Part shown: positions 46,236 through 56,444 of the stretch, piece after piece | Position numbering within the stretch: position 1 is the first letter of the stretch | How the letters are laid out: each line of letters begins with the position of its first letter | Source of the DNA: an uncultured Candidatus Saccharibacteria bacterium | GTDB lineage: Bacteria; Patescibacteriota; Minisyncoccia; Phycocordibacterales; Phycocordibacteraceae | Direction: 5' to 3' | Assembly (NCBI GenBank): GCA_964446735.1 | Contig: CAYUQB010000001.1 | Coordinates: forward strand, 380,460-444,459 | DNA length: 64,000 bases | Made by a program: the position numbers and the translations under genes | Notes under the pieces: model-generated | Databases searched by the model: none | What the model was told of the DNA's origin: nothing | Seen by the model: the letters and a program-made list of their open reading frames with translations, nothing else

Positions 46236-48152
46236 ATGCAGTACCTCGACGGCCTCAATGAACGACAGAAAGAGGCCGTTCTTACCACCGAGGGACCAAT
46301 TTCGGTACTTGCGGGTGCAGGCTCAGGAAAAACCCGCGTACTTACAACACGTATCTACCATCTCATCCGTCAGGGTACGCCCGCTGAGAAAATTCTTGCC
46401 GTCACCTTCACCAATAAGGCGGCACGTGAGATGCGAGAACGACTCGGGAAGCTCCTGGGGGATGGATCAGTGCCATTTGTTGCAACCTTCCATGGACTAG
46501 GACGTGAGCTCCTACAGAAATACGGCCAAGCGATTGGGGTCCCACGCTATTTCAGCGTGTACGATCGGGATGATTCCGAACGTGCCATCAAAGAAGCTCT
46601 GAAGAGTTTGGACATCGATCCCAAAGAGATTCCACCGCGCTCAATACTCGCCCGTATCAGCAGAGCGAAAGGGGAGGGGGAAACCCCAGAGACATTTAAG
46701 AGTCGTCACGCCTCGGAAGGATTCCGCTCACGCATCGCATCACAGGTATGGGATAAGTACGAAGAAACACTTACACATGAGAAGGCACTTGATTTCGACG
46801 ATCTGATCGCGAAACCCGTTGCACTTCTTCGAGAACATAAAGAAGCACGTACACTCGCTCAAGAGCGTTTCTCCTATGTGCACGTTGATGAATACCAAGA
46901 CACCAATGAACTTCAAGGAACACTTGCAAATCTCCTAGTCGAAACGCATCGAAACCTTTTTGTCGTCGGTGACATCGACCAAACTATCTATACCTGGCGA
47001 GGCGCAACCATCGAGAACCTGCTGTCGTTTGACGAGACCTACCCGGAAGCAAAAACTATTGTGCTGGAGCACAACTATCGCTCGAGCAAGACTATAGTTG
47101 AGGCGAGTAACCGCATCATTGAGAAGAATCGCAATCGTAAGGAGAAGCGCGCGGTAACTGATAATCCTGATGGTCATCCCATACGGCTTCTGGTAGCTGA
47201 CACTGCAGAAGAAGAAGCACGTCGGATTGCACGAGAGGCGCGCGAATATATACGTTCGGGCGTTGCCCCGGAACAAATAGCAGTGCTATATCGTACAAAC
47301 TTCCAGTCACGAGTACTCGAAGAAGCCTTTCTTAGCGAAGGTATTCCGTATCGTTTACTGGGTACCCGCTTTCTTGATCGCAAGGAAGTGAAAGACGTTA
47401 TCGCCTGGGTACGACTCGCTCTTGATCCGTTACGACAGAGCGATCGCGTGCGCGCGGTGCAAGCCCCGTCTCGTGGAATCGGTAAGGTCACGGTCGCAAA
47501 GATGGCGACAGGAACACTTGATGGCCTCACGCCTTCTGTGCGAGCAAAGATAGAAGCGTTTGAGAGTACCGTCCGTACGCTTCACGAAGAAAGTAAAACT
47601 GCGGCACCCTCTGCATTCGTGCGACGAGTACTAGAGCTCTCGGGTATGCAGGGAGTACTCGAGAAGGGAGGGGAGGATGACCTGGAGCGTCTTGAGAACG
47701 CTAAAGAGCTCGCGACACTGGCGAGTCGATACGACCATATCCCAGGTACCGAAGGACTGGATGCATTTCTTGCAGACACAGCTCTGGCGGGGGACCAAGA
47801 CGAGCTCGATCGCCCGCAAACGAAGCAGAAGGAGGGAGTAACACTCATGACCGTGCATGCGGCCAAGGGCCTCGAGTTTGAAGCAGTGTTCGTCTCTGGT
47901 CTTGAGGAGGGTCTATTTCCGCATGAGGGGATGGGCGAGAACGAGGAACGAGACGAGGAAGAGGAGCGACGCCTGTTCTATGTCGCTATGACACGGGCAA
48001 AATCTCGTTTGATCCTTACTATGGCCCGCGTTCGGCGTATTTACGGTACAGATTATCTCTCCGAGCCTTCTTCATTCCTCCATGACATTGATCCAGGTCT
48101 TATGCGCATTGAATACGGCGAACGGGAAGAGGAAGGGGTGATACATATATAG
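46236..48152 (+). CDS. pcrA: UvrD/PcrA DNA helicase
   Basis: AGAGSGKT, TFTNKAA, VDEYQDTN, MTVHAAKGLEF, EERRLFYVAMTRA. Confidence 0.95.
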   Translation: MQYLDGLNERQKEAVLTTEGPISVLAGAGSGKTRVLTTRIYHLIRQGTPAEKILAVTFTNKAAREMRERLGKLLGDGSVPFVATFHGLGRELLQKYGQAIGVPRYFSVYDRDDSERAIKEALKSLDIDPKEIPPRSILARISRAKGEGETPETFKSRHASEGFRSRIASQVWDKYEETLTHEKALDFDDLIAKPVALLREHKEARTLAQERFSYVHVDEYQDTNELQGTLANLLVETHRNLFVVGDIDQTIYTWRGATIENLLSFDETYPEAKTIVLEHNYRSSKTIVEASNRIIEKNRNRKEKRAVTDNPDGHPIRLLVADTAEEEARRIAREAREYIRSGVAPEQIAVLYRTNFQSRVLEEAFLSEGIPYRLLGTRFLDRKEVKDVIAWVRLALDPLRQSDRVRAVQAPSRGIGKVTVAKMATGTLDGLTPSVRAKIEAFESTVRTLHEESKTAAPSAFVRRVLELSGMQGVLEKGGEDDLERLENAKELATLASRYDHIPGTEGLDAFLADTALAGDQDELDRPQTKQKEGVTLMTVHAAKGLEFEAVFVSGLEEGLFPHEGMGENEERDEEEERRLFYVAMTRAKSRLILTMARVRRIYGTDYLSEPSSFLHDIDPGLMRIEYGEREEEGVIHI

Positions 48153-48154
48153 GT

Positions 48155-48949
48155 ATGCGCGCGAAGCAGGCACTCGGGCAGAACTTCCTCATGCACCAGG
48201 CGACCGCCGATCGTATTGCCGATGCCGCAGGACTATTGCCCGATGCGACAGTGCTCGAGATCGGACCAGGTACCGGAATCCTCACCCGCGCACTTCTTAG
48301 ACGGGCGGCACGAGTTATTGCAATCGAGACGGATCAAGATCTTATTCCAGGGTTGGAGGAAACATTTGCAGACGAAATCAGAGAGGGGAGACTCGAAGTC
48401 ATTAAAGACGACATACGTTCGTTCGATCTCTCCCGAATTACGAATGGGTATGCCGTAGTCGCAAATATTCCGTACTACATCACCGGTGAAATCATTCGCA
48501 CCCTTCTTTCAGCGTCCCATAAGCCCTCATCAGTGACACTCTTGGTGCAAAAGGAGGTTGCGCAGCGGGTGGCGCGCGAAAAGAAAGAGAGTTTACTTTC
48601 ACTTTCAGTAAAAATATATGGAACTCCTCGTTATGTCTTTACGGTGCCGCGTGGCGCGTTTCGACCAGCTCCTAACGTGGACTCAGCAGTGCTGCACATA
48701 GCAAATATCACCTCTCCGTTTAGAAATAAAGCTGAGGAAGTGCGTTTCTTTGAGATTCTTCATGCAGGCTTTGCACATAAACGAAAACGGTTGGCGAAGA
48801 ATCTTGAAGAATTCGCATCACAAGAACGCGTAATGGAAGCGCTTGAGGCAGCCGGTATTCCGCGTGACGCCCGAGCAGAAGATGTGCCGCTCGCGGCATG
48901 GGGGAAACTTTCGGGGATACTATCGGGACAACATGGGGAAAAGATGTGA
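48155..48949 (+). CDS. rsmA: 16S rRNA dimethyladenosine transferase
   Basis: LGQNFL, LEIGPGTG, VANIPYYIT, F.PAPNVDS. Confidence 0.96.
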   Translation: MRAKQALGQNFLMHQATADRIADAAGLLPDATVLEIGPGTGILTRALLRRAARVIAIETDQDLIPGLEETFADEIREGRLEVIKDDIRSFDLSRITNGYAVVANIPYYITGEIIRTLLSASHKPSSVTLLVQKEVAQRVAREKKESLLSLSVKIYGTPRYVFTVPRGAFRPAPNVDSAVLHIANITSPFRNKAEEVRFFEILHAGFAHKRKRLAKNLEEFASQERVMEALEAAGIPRDARAEDVPLAAWGKLSGILSGQHGEKM

Positions 48950-49018
48950 GTAGTGCACAGAAGTGCTCATGGTTTCCTCATGAAATAACGCCCACGTGCT
49001 AGTATTTTTGTATATACC

Positions 49019-50008
49019 GTGGCGTATTCTAACCGAACCATCGGCATCATCATCGCTTCGGCTATCTCGATAGTCCTTATTATCGGTGCCGTTTTGATCT
49101 CAGGTCCACTTCCATTCAAATGGAATCGGGTGAGCGCCACCTCAACGCATGATCTCCTCGTTTCATATGCATCTAAGGACACGGACGCGGATGGGTTGCC
49201 TGATTGGCAGGAGGCACTCTACGCAACAGACCCGAACGACGCCCACTCGGTTCGGGCTGACATCTTAGACGGGCAGGCCGTTGCCCAAGGATTGGTTGCG
49301 CCGAAGTTTGCTACAGCAACAACGACAACTGACACCACTGCAATACCGGGAGTAGAGAGCGGTCCTGATACCCTGACCGATCAGTTCGCACGTGAGCTTT
49401 TCACACAGTATGTGTCGCAGGCAGGGAATTCAACACCAACTCCCGAGACGATCGCTTCGTTTGTTGAACAGGCAGTTGCGAATCTCACCGCACGCAATTC
49501 AAGCGTAAACGAATTTGATCAGAGTGACGTTAAGACGAGTGGTACCGGAGAGGACGCATTGCTTGTGTACGCTGCACAAATTGAAGGAGTGTTTGCCAAA
49601 AATACAGCTCCATCTGAAAAAAGTGAAATCGAGTATCTCGCCGATGCGGTGCAGAAGAATGACAAGGCGGCACTCAAGGAAGTGAAGCGTATTGGTGCAA
49701 CGTACACCTCGCTCGCAAAAGGGTATGTTGCAACCGCGGTGCCGTCCGAGGCAGTGACCCCTCATCTTGAAGTGGCGAATGCACTCGCCCGTATTGGTAC
49801 CGATATTACCGACTTCTCAATGATGGATACGGATCCGCTTCGTGCCTATTTTGGTCTTGCCAAGTATCAAGAAGACGTCCCGAAGCTTGTGGCGGGTCTG
49901 AAGGCGCTGAATGCCGTGTACACGAGCGAAGGGGTAGTGGTCCCTGAAGGAACTTCCGGATTCTACTTCTTCAGACTCCTTACCCGCTCAGCAACACAAG
50001 AACTATGA
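49019..50008 (+). CDS. membrane-anchored protein with a DxDxDG Ca-binding-type motif; first gene of the T4SS-like cluster
   Basis: N-terminal TM; DTDADGLPDWQE..TDP. Confidence 0.75.
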   Translation: MAYSNRTIGIIIASAISIVLIIGAVLISGPLPFKWNRVSATSTHDLLVSYASKDTDADGLPDWQEALYATDPNDAHSVRADILDGQAVAQGLVAPKFATATTTTDTTAIPGVESGPDTLTDQFARELFTQYVSQAGNSTPTPETIASFVEQAVANLTARNSSVNEFDQSDVKTSGTGEDALLVYAAQIEGVFAKNTAPSEKSEIEYLADAVQKNDKAALKEVKRIGATYTSLAKGYVATAVPSEAVTPHLEVANALARIGTDITDFSMMDTDPLRAYFGLAKYQEDVPKLVAGLKALNAVYTSEGVVVPEGTSGFYFFRLLTRSATQEL

Positions 50009-51507
50009 GTTCCCTCCGTAAACCCGTTGCGCTATTCCTTTGTGGACTCATAGTCGCAGGCGGTGCGGTTGGACTTGCTCCTCGACCGGCGCATGCGCAG
50101 TTGTTCGGAGCTTCCCTCGTCCTCGACCCGGTAAACCTTGTGCAGAATACAATCTCGGCGGTCGCGAACGCGAAGACCCTTCTCAATCCTATCTTCTATC
50201 GCATTGCACAGGCAGCCATTCAATCGATGGTGCGCAGTACCGTTAACTGGATAAACAATGGATTCGAAGGTTCCCCGGCATTCGCTACGGATCTTAAATA
50301 CACCCTCCTGGATGCAGCCGACCGGGAAGCGGAACGGTTCGTGCGACAGATTGGAAGCGACCTATCAATAAGCTCTCCGTTTCAGAATAGGATCGCCCAG
50401 AACGTACTTGCTGCATACTACCTGTCCACCAGTCGAGATGGGTTCGCACTCGCTAATCCCTATACGCTCAACCGGGTGAGCGAAGACGATGCGGCATTCT
50501 TGCGTGGTGATTTTACGAAGGGCGGGTTCTCGGCATGGTTCGCCGCCACGTTGAATCTTCCGAATACGCCTCGTGGCTTTAATGAACTAGCTCGTTCAGC
50601 GTTCTATGATCGAGTCGCCGATGTTAAAGGTCAGATTCACGAAGAAGTTGGGTGGGGGGATGGCTTTCTGTCCTGGCGTAAGTGTGACAAAGAGGGAACC
50701 AAACTCGTCGACAATTCGAAGACTTCCACTATTACGACACTTGATGGCAAGCAAGAGCAGCTTAAGACACTCAACCTGCAGGAAAAGAAAACCTGTCTTG
50801 AGAGTCACATTGAAACCCCCGGCTCAATTATTTCCTCAGCCGGGGCCAAGGCTCTCGGTCTCGGAGCAGATTCACTGATCCAAGCGGATAGTTTCGACGA
50901 AATCGTAAATGCGCTTCTTGGACAACTCATGAACCAGGTACTTGGTGGGGGAGGAGGGCTTCGTGGGGTATCACGTCCGTCAGCAGCACGGGGCGGCGGA
51001 ACCTACTTCGATCAACAAACAAGTACGACCGCGAGTGCTGGAGTCTCAGTCGTAAGTTCATTCACTCAGATACTCGACGAACAAGCGACACAAATCCAAA
51101 TATATCTGCGTAATTGGCAGACCATTAGTGCTGCTGCAGTGGCTGCGAAAGCTGCACTTGAAGCAAGCACCTGCACCGCTAACAAAGACTCAATTATTAG
51201 TACTCAGATAGAACCAGTTATTACTCGCGCAGCGACAATTGCAGGAAGTATACCCAGCGTACTTTCAGAGATTGAACGTATTCGCTCGTCAGCGTTGAGT
51301 GTCGTTACGGACGATACCACTGAGCAACTCACAGTGCTCCAGCAAGCAAATGCTGACTACCAAAATCTGCTATCTAATACCGCATTCCCAAGCGTGAGTG
51401 ATATGACATATGCGATAGAGCAGTCGCAAGACACCGGCAACGAAACACCCGCATCACTCCTTACGGAACTCAACCGCATTGCAGCACAAGCCCGGTGCAG
51501 TACCTAA
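50005..51507 (+). CDS. secreted protein with a TrbJ/VirB5-like N-terminus
   Basis: Signal peptide ending PAHA|Q, then LVLDPVNLVQN; family assignment is inference. Confidence 0.55.
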   Translation: MSSLRKPVALFLCGLIVAGGAVGLAPRPAHAQLFGASLVLDPVNLVQNTISAVANAKTLLNPIFYRIAQAAIQSMVRSTVNWINNGFEGSPAFATDLKYTLLDAADREAERFVRQIGSDLSISSPFQNRIAQNVLAAYYLSTSRDGFALANPYTLNRVSEDDAAFLRGDFTKGGFSAWFAATLNLPNTPRGFNELARSAFYDRVADVKGQIHEEVGWGDGFLSWRKCDKEGTKLVDNSKTSTITTLDGKQEQLKTLNLQEKKTCLESHIETPGSIISSAGAKALGLGADSLIQADSFDEIVNALLGQLMNQVLGGGGGLRGVSRPSAARGGGTYFDQQTSTTASAGVSVVSSFTQILDEQATQIQIYLRNWQTISAAAVAAKAALEASTCTANKDSIISTQIEPVITRAATIAGSIPSVLSEIERIRSSALSVVTDDTTEQLTVLQQANADYQNLLSNTAFPSVSDMTYAIEQSQDTGNETPASLLTELNRIAAQARCST

Positions 51508-51511
51508 ACGT

Positions 51512-54500
51512 ATGGCAACGTACTTGCACATAATTCGCAGCCTTGGACTCGGGATACTGATAGCTGTATCCCTTCTGCTCTTTGCTGCTCCTAGTGCGAA
51601 TGCCGCCGATCCCGCTATCGCGATACCGAACGGGAAAACACTTAAACCAAACGGTCAGGTGTGTAAGGCTATCAACCCGCTCACCGGCATGCAGGATGGC
51701 TCAGTCGCACTGGTACTTGAGACCGGGGGATTCTGCCAGCTGCAGTTTACTGACGGCACGCAACTCACGGTTGAATTCAGTGCAGGGAAGCAGACCCAGA
51801 CCGGAACACTTCGGGATGCGAACGGTAAAACTATCGGTACCCCAGAAACGAAGTCGTGGATTGAAGGAGCGCAAGAAGCTGTTGATCAAGCGGCAGCGGC
51901 AACAACGGCAGCAGAGAAAAGCGCCGTCACTGCAGCACGTGCGGCGGTCGCTGCACCATCAACCGGAGCCCGAAATACGCCACTCTCAGCCAATGAAGCG
52001 ACCGCATTGTACAAAAAAGTTGAGTACTTGAGTTCCCGTAACCTCATAACGATCGCAGAAAGGGATAAGCTCAATAGCATCATATTTGCAGCAGGTACGG
52101 GGGGTGCGTCACAGGCACAGCTCGATAGTGTCCGAAAAATGGGGACGGCGGTCGATACACTTAATGCAAACGTTGGGCGGTCCGCCGACGTAAATACCGC
52201 TGCTAAAGAGGCAGCGTCTGCACAACAGGAGACCGCCGCTGAAGCAGAGAAGTCCTGCAACATTGTGAGTTTCAATCTTGGGACCTGTCTTCAGAGCATT
52301 ATGTGGGCAATTATTAAGAAAATCGGTCTTTTCTTCCTCTACCTCGCTGCATTCTTTGCTGGGTTTGCAGGCTTCCTCTTCAATTGGATTATTTACATAA
52401 CGGTATTTCAGTTTGGAAACTTGATTGGAAATAACGCGGGCATGCTTGCGGCATGGGGTGTACTGCGCGATATCGGCAATCTGGTACTTCTGTTCGGATT
52501 CATTTTCATGGGCTTGAGTACCATTCTGAGTCTTCCTGGAAATGAGTTCACCGCCCGTAGAGCACTTCCTGCCCTCATCATTTTTGCCATACTCATGAAC
52601 TTCAGCCTCTTCGCTGCAGAGGCGGTTATTGATACGAGTAACGCGCTGGGGACCACACTATACCGACAAGCCGCGAACGGCATGTGCGGGGAAGGTGAGT
52701 CAATGCTTACGTGTGTCACCCAAAAGGGAATCGGCGGACGCATCATGCAAATCACCGGAATCGCCTCAATATTTAGTCTCGACCCCGACAAAGAGGATGT
52801 GATCGCTAACGATGATCTTGGTGGAGCGATAGAAGTCATCGGCCTCACCATATTTGCGGCGGTCACTGCATTTGTGTTCCTGGCTGCGGTCTTCATGCTC
52901 ATTGCGCGTGCAATCATGCTCGCCTTCCTTATGGCGGTGTCGCCCATCGGATTTGCTGGCATGGCGATACCACCCCTTCACCGCTACGCCTCTATGTGGT
53001 GGGAACAACTACTCAAGCAGTCATTCTTTGCACCTATATATATCCTCCTGGTGCTTATTAGCATTAAATTCATGGAGGGAATTATCGTGGCGCTGAATGC
53101 CGCGGCAGGAGCAGGTAGCACCACTGAAGTTTCTACACTCGCAAGCGCCTTCAGCCGTTCTGGCATCACGAACGTGAGCATGGTGGTCAACTTCATGCTC
53201 ATTACTGGCTTCATGCTTGGTGCAGTCATAATCGCCAAAAGCATGGGTGCGGCAGGGGCAAGTGGCGCTACTCGCATGGCTGGTGCAGTGGTCTTTGGTG
53301 GTATGGCTCGGGCTTCAAACTTCGGCATCGGCGGAGCATCACGACTTGCACGACTAGGAGTACAGCGCACACTTGGCAAAAGCGACAGTGCATTCGTTCG
53401 TGGGATTGGTTCTGGTGCCTCAGCCTTTCTCAAGGGTGGTGAGAAACTCAACACTGACTTGCGTGGTGTAGCAGGGAAGCGCGGAGCGGACCTCTTTGGC
53501 GCTCCTGCACAAAAAGCATCGTATGACGACGTGCAGAACAAGATCCAGGAAGTACGAGAAGGTATTCGTGCGAATCAGGCTACATTCGATCGCGATGCCT
53601 CGCTCCAGCGCCTGCGAAGTGAGGTTGGTAGAAAGGGAGGTCTCTCTCCAGAAAGCGAGCGTTTCCTCGCAACCCTTTCTGCGGACGAAATTGCACACGA
53701 TCATGACCTTGAACACAAGATTGGAGATCTTGCACCGCTTCTGTCTGCAAGCCAGTTCGAAAACCTCACGCGCAGCGACAAGGTTCCGCAGAAACTCAAG
53801 GACGAGGCTCGTCGCGAACGCTATGCTGAACTCAAGGATGCAATTCTCAATTCTAGGAAGGGTGGTATACGCAAGATGACTCCAAAGGATCTCGAGCAGT
53901 TCTTCCTTTCGCCGATCTATGCAGAACTTAAGACGGAGAACGAAGAAGCACTCAAGGAATTCGTGACACTCATGAATGGTGGCCAGTACGATACTCTACG
54001 CGCAAGTACTGTGCTCACGAATGCACAACGTTCAGAAATCAAGAGGTGGCGCGATGATGATCGCTTCAACTTCGGTGAATTCAACGATCTCCGCAGTGGC
54101 AAGCAGGTTGAATTCAAGCAGGCTATCAGCATGGACGGTAACCGTAAGCCGCTCTATGTCGACCCATCCACGGGTAGAGTCACCGAAGATGTCACCTCAG
54201 TTAAGGCTACCCGTATCGACCGCACGCTCGACGATCTCAACACCGCCGATCGAGCAAAGCTTGAAGACAAGATCCTCGCTCGTGAGGAAGTATTTACGCG
54301 TCTCGCACCGGAAGACTTCGCCGCGATCCAGCGTGCCGACAAGCTCGAACCTCCGCAACGAAGAGCCGTCAGTGCTCACCTTAATGCTGTATTTAATGAG
54401 AAATCAGCTCGCGGCGATCGCTTCCGCGCGTACCGCGATACCATGAGCGATAATGCGTGGAAGTCGATGAAAGCCTTCTACCAACTTAGTACGGACAAAG

Positions 54501-54559
54501 CGAAGACGAAACGCTCGAAAGCAACAACTGACGATGGTAGCGACGACGGCACAACATGA
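51512..54559 (+). CDS. large polytopic membrane protein, VirB6/TrbL-like
   Basis: Signal peptide, multi-TM core (WGVLRDIGN, NFSL, R...L..L...SPI.F....P), Gly/Ala-rich linker and a long charged tail. Confidence 0.7.
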   Translation: MATYLHIIRSLGLGILIAVSLLLFAAPSANAADPAIAIPNGKTLKPNGQVCKAINPLTGMQDGSVALVLETGGFCQLQFTDGTQLTVEFSAGKQTQTGTLRDANGKTIGTPETKSWIEGAQEAVDQAAAATTAAEKSAVTAARAAVAAPSTGARNTPLSANEATALYKKVEYLSSRNLITIAERDKLNSIIFAAGTGGASQAQLDSVRKMGTAVDTLNANVGRSADVNTAAKEAASAQQETAAEAEKSCNIVSFNLGTCLQSIMWAIIKKIGLFFLYLAAFFAGFAGFLFNWIIYITVFQFGNLIGNNAGMLAAWGVLRDIGNLVLLFGFIFMGLSTILSLPGNEFTARRALPALIIFAILMNFSLFAAEAVIDTSNALGTTLYRQAANGMCGEGESMLTCVTQKGIGGRIMQITGIASIFSLDPDKEDVIANDDLGGAIEVIGLTIFAAVTAFVFLAAVFMLIARAIMLAFLMAVSPIGFAGMAIPPLHRYASMWWEQLLKQSFFAPIYILLVLISIKFMEGIIVALNAAAGAGSTTEVSTLASAFSRSGITNVSMVVNFMLITGFMLGAVIIAKSMGAAGASGATRMAGAVVFGGMARASNFGIGGASRLARLGVQRTLGKSDSAFVRGIGSGASAFLKGGEKLNTDLRGVAGKRGADLFGAPAQKASYDDVQNKIQEVREGIRANQATFDRDASLQRLRSEVGRKGGLSPESERFLATLSADEIAHDHDLEHKIGDLAPLLSASQFENLTRSDKVPQKLKDEARRERYAELKDAILNSRKGGIRKMTPKDLEQFFLSPIYAELKTENEEALKEFVTLMNGGQYDTLRASTVLTNAQRSEIKRWRDDDRFNFGEFNDLRSGKQVEFKQAISMDGNRKPLYVDPSTGRVTEDVTSVKATRIDRTLDDLNTADRAKLEDKILAREEVFTRLAPEDFAAIQRADKLEPPQRRAVSAHLNAVFNEKSARGDRFRAYRDTMSDNAWKSMKAFYQLSTDKAKTKRSKATTDDGSDDGTT

Positions 54560-55332
54560 TTCCCGACGAAACTGCCATTGATAAAGCCCTAGAGACCGCA
54601 CCGCAACCCGTGTCTGACTTCATCGTGGGTGGCCATCTCGCCAACGCGGTCGTCGCCATTGCGCATGAACACCAACTTCATGTCGATACAATCGGAACGC
54701 TCGCAGAGCTTTCTCGTAACATGCTCCTCGGACTTTCAAGCCCTGCCGAAACACTGGGCGAGCTCATTGTTGCAGGTGTGGACACTGCAACTGCACAAAC
54801 AGTGCTCGCAGACCTTAACGTGAAGGTGTTTATGCCAGTTCGAGACGCGGTGAAGACTGGTACTAATCCGTTCGCACTCGATCGGGATACAGATGAGACG
54901 CCCGAGGTACGCACGGCAGCTGTCGCACCCACACCTGCACCAGCGTCGTCCGCAAGGCCTTCCTCCCCGCCCCTCGTACCACCGCTAGAGCTTGTCGAAC
55001 GTCCGGTACCTGCACCTATTGTTCCGCCAGTGTCCGTAAGTCGGCCTGTCGAAGTTCCAGTGCCGAACGTCGTTGCACCCAACGTGGCAGCCTCAGGTCT
55101 GCCGGACGAAGCGGTACGCACGATGGCATCGGATATGCAGGCAGTGAAAGAACACCGCACGCCCACCCCAATAGTTCCTTCCGTGGTGATTCCAACGACA
55201 CAAGTACAGACAATAGCAGCACCGCCACTTCCTCCGACGCCACCTCGCACCGCACCTCCTCCGGCAAATCTTCCTGGTGCAGCAGCGGTAAAGCCATACA
55301 GTGTAGATCCGTATCGTGAACCGATAGAGTAG
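54556..55332 (+). CDS. Pro-rich hypothetical protein
   Basis: Helical N-terminus (LHVD), Pro-rich linker, C-terminal DPYREPIE. Confidence 0.78.
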   Translation: MIPDETAIDKALETAPQPVSDFIVGGHLANAVVAIAHEHQLHVDTIGTLAELSRNMLLGLSSPAETLGELIVAGVDTATAQTVLADLNVKVFMPVRDAVKTGTNPFALDRDTDETPEVRTAAVAPTPAPASSARPSSPPLVPPLELVERPVPAPIVPPVSVSRPVEVPVPNVVAPNVAASGLPDEAVRTMASDMQAVKEHRTPTPIVPSVVIPTTQVQTIAAPPLPPTPPRTAPPPANLPGAAAVKPYSVDPYREPIE

Positions 55333-55378
55333 AAAATTTTGTGCATACCGCTGCTAGAGCGCGGTATACTTACGTACG

Positions 55379-55801
55379 ATGGAGTACCAGGTACCGCAGT
55401 TCATCGAGGTAGAGGACAAGATTTTCGGTCCATTCACCCTAAAACAGTTTATCTACCTTGCTGGCGGAGGCGGTCTTTCAGCAGTCATTCTCCTGTATGT
55501 GCGTCCACTCTTTCTCGCATTCGTTCTTGTTGCACCTATCGCAGCGCTCTCTGCCGCACTTGCATTCTATAGAGTAAACAACAAGTCTTTTGTTGAGGTG
55601 CTCGAAGCAGCGTTCAACTATTACACCAAGGGACGTCTCTACCTGTGGCGTAAGGAGAAAAAGGAAGAGTCTGCTTCGGTTCCCCAGGCACCGACACCAG
55701 TAGTTCCCGAACGTCAAAAACTTGGCCTGTCCCAGCGCAAGCTTCAGGATCTGGCATGGTCGCTGGATATTAAGGACGCAAGTTCGAACCAGAATTCATA
55801 A
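55379..55801 (+). CDS. PrgI family protein (VirB3-like)
   Basis: YQVPQFIEVEDKIFGPFTLKQF followed by 2 TMs. Confidence 0.88.
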   Translation: MEYQVPQFIEVEDKIFGPFTLKQFIYLAGGGGLSAVILLYVRPLFLAFVLVAPIAALSAALAFYRVNNKSFVEVLEAAFNYYTKGRLYLWRKEKKEESASVPQAPTPVVPERQKLGLSQRKLQDLAWSLDIKDASSNQNS

Positions 55802-55804
55802 GAT

Positions 55805-56443
55805 ATGCCTACTCCCCAAGCAGCGCAGGCATTCGTGCCCGTCAAAGAAGTCCGCAACGGTGTCGTTATCCTCAAGGAGGGAGGGTACCGGGGTATCCTC
55901 ATGTGCTCAGCAATGAACTTCGCGCTTAAATCTGAACCGGAGCAGGCAGCCATTATCGGAGGGTTCCAATCCCTCCTCAATACGCTCGATTTCTCAATCG
56001 AAATGGTCGTGCACTCTCGCCGTATGGACATTCGTCCATATCTCGCACTCCTTGAGGAGCGACTCGCGGCTCAACAGAGTGAACTTATGCGCATTCAACT
56101 ACGTGAGTACATTAGCTTCATTCGAGGATTTACCGAGAGTACCGACATCATGACCAAGCTCTTCTATGTAGTCGTGCCATATACCCCAGCGGTTGCAGTG
56201 AAGGTAAGTCAGGCATTCCCACTTCCAGGACGAAAGAAGGAAGGCGCTCAGGGAGCCACTGAATCATTCGAAGAGGATCGGGTGCAGCTTGAGCAACGCA
56301 TGCTTCTAGTTGCAAGCGGACTTTCGGCCGCAGGTATTCGCGCGGTTGCACTTGATACAGAAGAAATCATCGAGCTTCTATACCGTTCCTTCAACATTGG
56401 GCAAACCGAGACGCCAATACGTCTCGCTGAAGCCGGCATCTAA
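55805..56443 (+). CDS. TraC/VirB4 N-terminal-like protein
   Basis: NFALKSE.EQ.AII..FQ.LLNTLDF; sits between prgI and virB4. Confidence 0.75.
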   Translation: MPTPQAAQAFVPVKEVRNGVVILKEGGYRGILMCSAMNFALKSEPEQAAIIGGFQSLLNTLDFSIEMVVHSRRMDIRPYLALLEERLAAQQSELMRIQLREYISFIRGFTESTDIMTKLFYVVVPYTPAVAVKVSQAFPLPGRKKEGAQGATESFEEDRVQLEQRMLLVASGLSAAGIRAVALDTEEIIELLYRSFNIGQTETPIRLAEAGI

Positions 56444-56444
56444 T

